From positions 1-35,199 of the forward strand of contig JAITPZ010000183.1 in assembly GCA_031289165.1 (NCBI GenBank): 35,199 nt of DNA. The letters run 5' to 3'. Positions 35,045 through 35,199 of the stretch are shown piece by piece. The translations under genes and the position numbers were made by a program. The DNA comes from Synergistaceae bacterium (GTDB lineage Bacteria; Synergistota; Synergistia; Synergistales; Aminobacteriaceae). Each line of letters begins with the position of its first letter. Within the stretch, counting starts at the first letter, position 1. The notes beneath the pieces were generated by a model. The model ran no database searches. It worked only from the letters and a program-made list of their open reading frames with translations, and was not told the DNA's origin.

Positions 35045-35199
35045 TTGAACGGTTACGAAGAATCAAAGAAGGGCGTTGATATATGGGCAGGAGTCGATGT
35101 CCACAAGACGAGTTACGCTGTGAGCGTGTTGAGCGGCAACGGGATTCGTCATAGTTTCACTACCTCCACGGATTGAGGCCCAATACGGAGAAATGATCG
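35045..35199 (+). mobile_element. IS110-family (DEDD) transposase N-terminal fragment. It is disrupted and runs off the window.
   Basis: The translation ...WAGVDVHKTSYAVSVLSGNGIRHSFTTSTD then stop (35174-35176) carries the G(I/V)DVHK signature of IS110 DEDD transposases. A GAAGGG-9 nt-ATG at 35083 is one base out of frame at a GGG run. Confidence 0.6.

Overview
This is a high-GC bacterial chromosomal window with about 30 intact protein genes. I found no rRNA, tRNA or CRISPR array by eye.

Gene content suggests a strictly anaerobic amino-acid or organic-acid fermenter. A Synergistota-like lineage is my inference only and cannot be verified here. In order, the genes are:
- a 5'-truncated gene tail, queG and an Ldh2-family dehydrogenase
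- a class IV aminotransferase-buk-ptb-buk cluster
- an ankyrin-repeat protein and a secreted cyclophilin
- an enolase-superfamily dehydratase with a DctPQM TRAP transporter
- DUF3793 with flavodoxin
- a stand-alone Hpt, a YgjP-like peptidase and a ROK kinase
- a hybrid sensor kinase with a REC-HD-GYP regulator
- a ferredoxin-like protein with a Crp/Fnr regulator
- recQ, malic enzyme and thpR
- a SprA-related HExxH protein and a MATE exporter
- a DtxR-family regulator with feoAB

Several signals are not explained by these genes:
1. A 103-104 bp AT-rich hairpin element resembles a MITE. It has imperfect terminal inverted repeats and an invariant 16-nt core. There are four full copies (2885, 15308, 29394, 31139) and two degenerate fragments (24377, 32025), all intergenic.
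2. At the right edge sits a decayed IS110-family transposase. It is preceded by a strongly structured AT-rich non-coding region, which is where IS110 elements encode their bridge RNA.
3. A near-consensus minus-strand promoter (14460-14487) runs straight into two intrinsic terminators. This could be a small RNA or an attenuator leader, and a multiply frameshifted gene lies downstream.
4. Other decay products are a 5'-truncated HepT toxin relic with its catalytic His replaced, a sensor-gene remnant, and a 33-bp copy of the ldh2 3' end exactly 1300 bp away on the far side of queG.

All product calls come from motif recognition in the supplied translations. No database search was possible.
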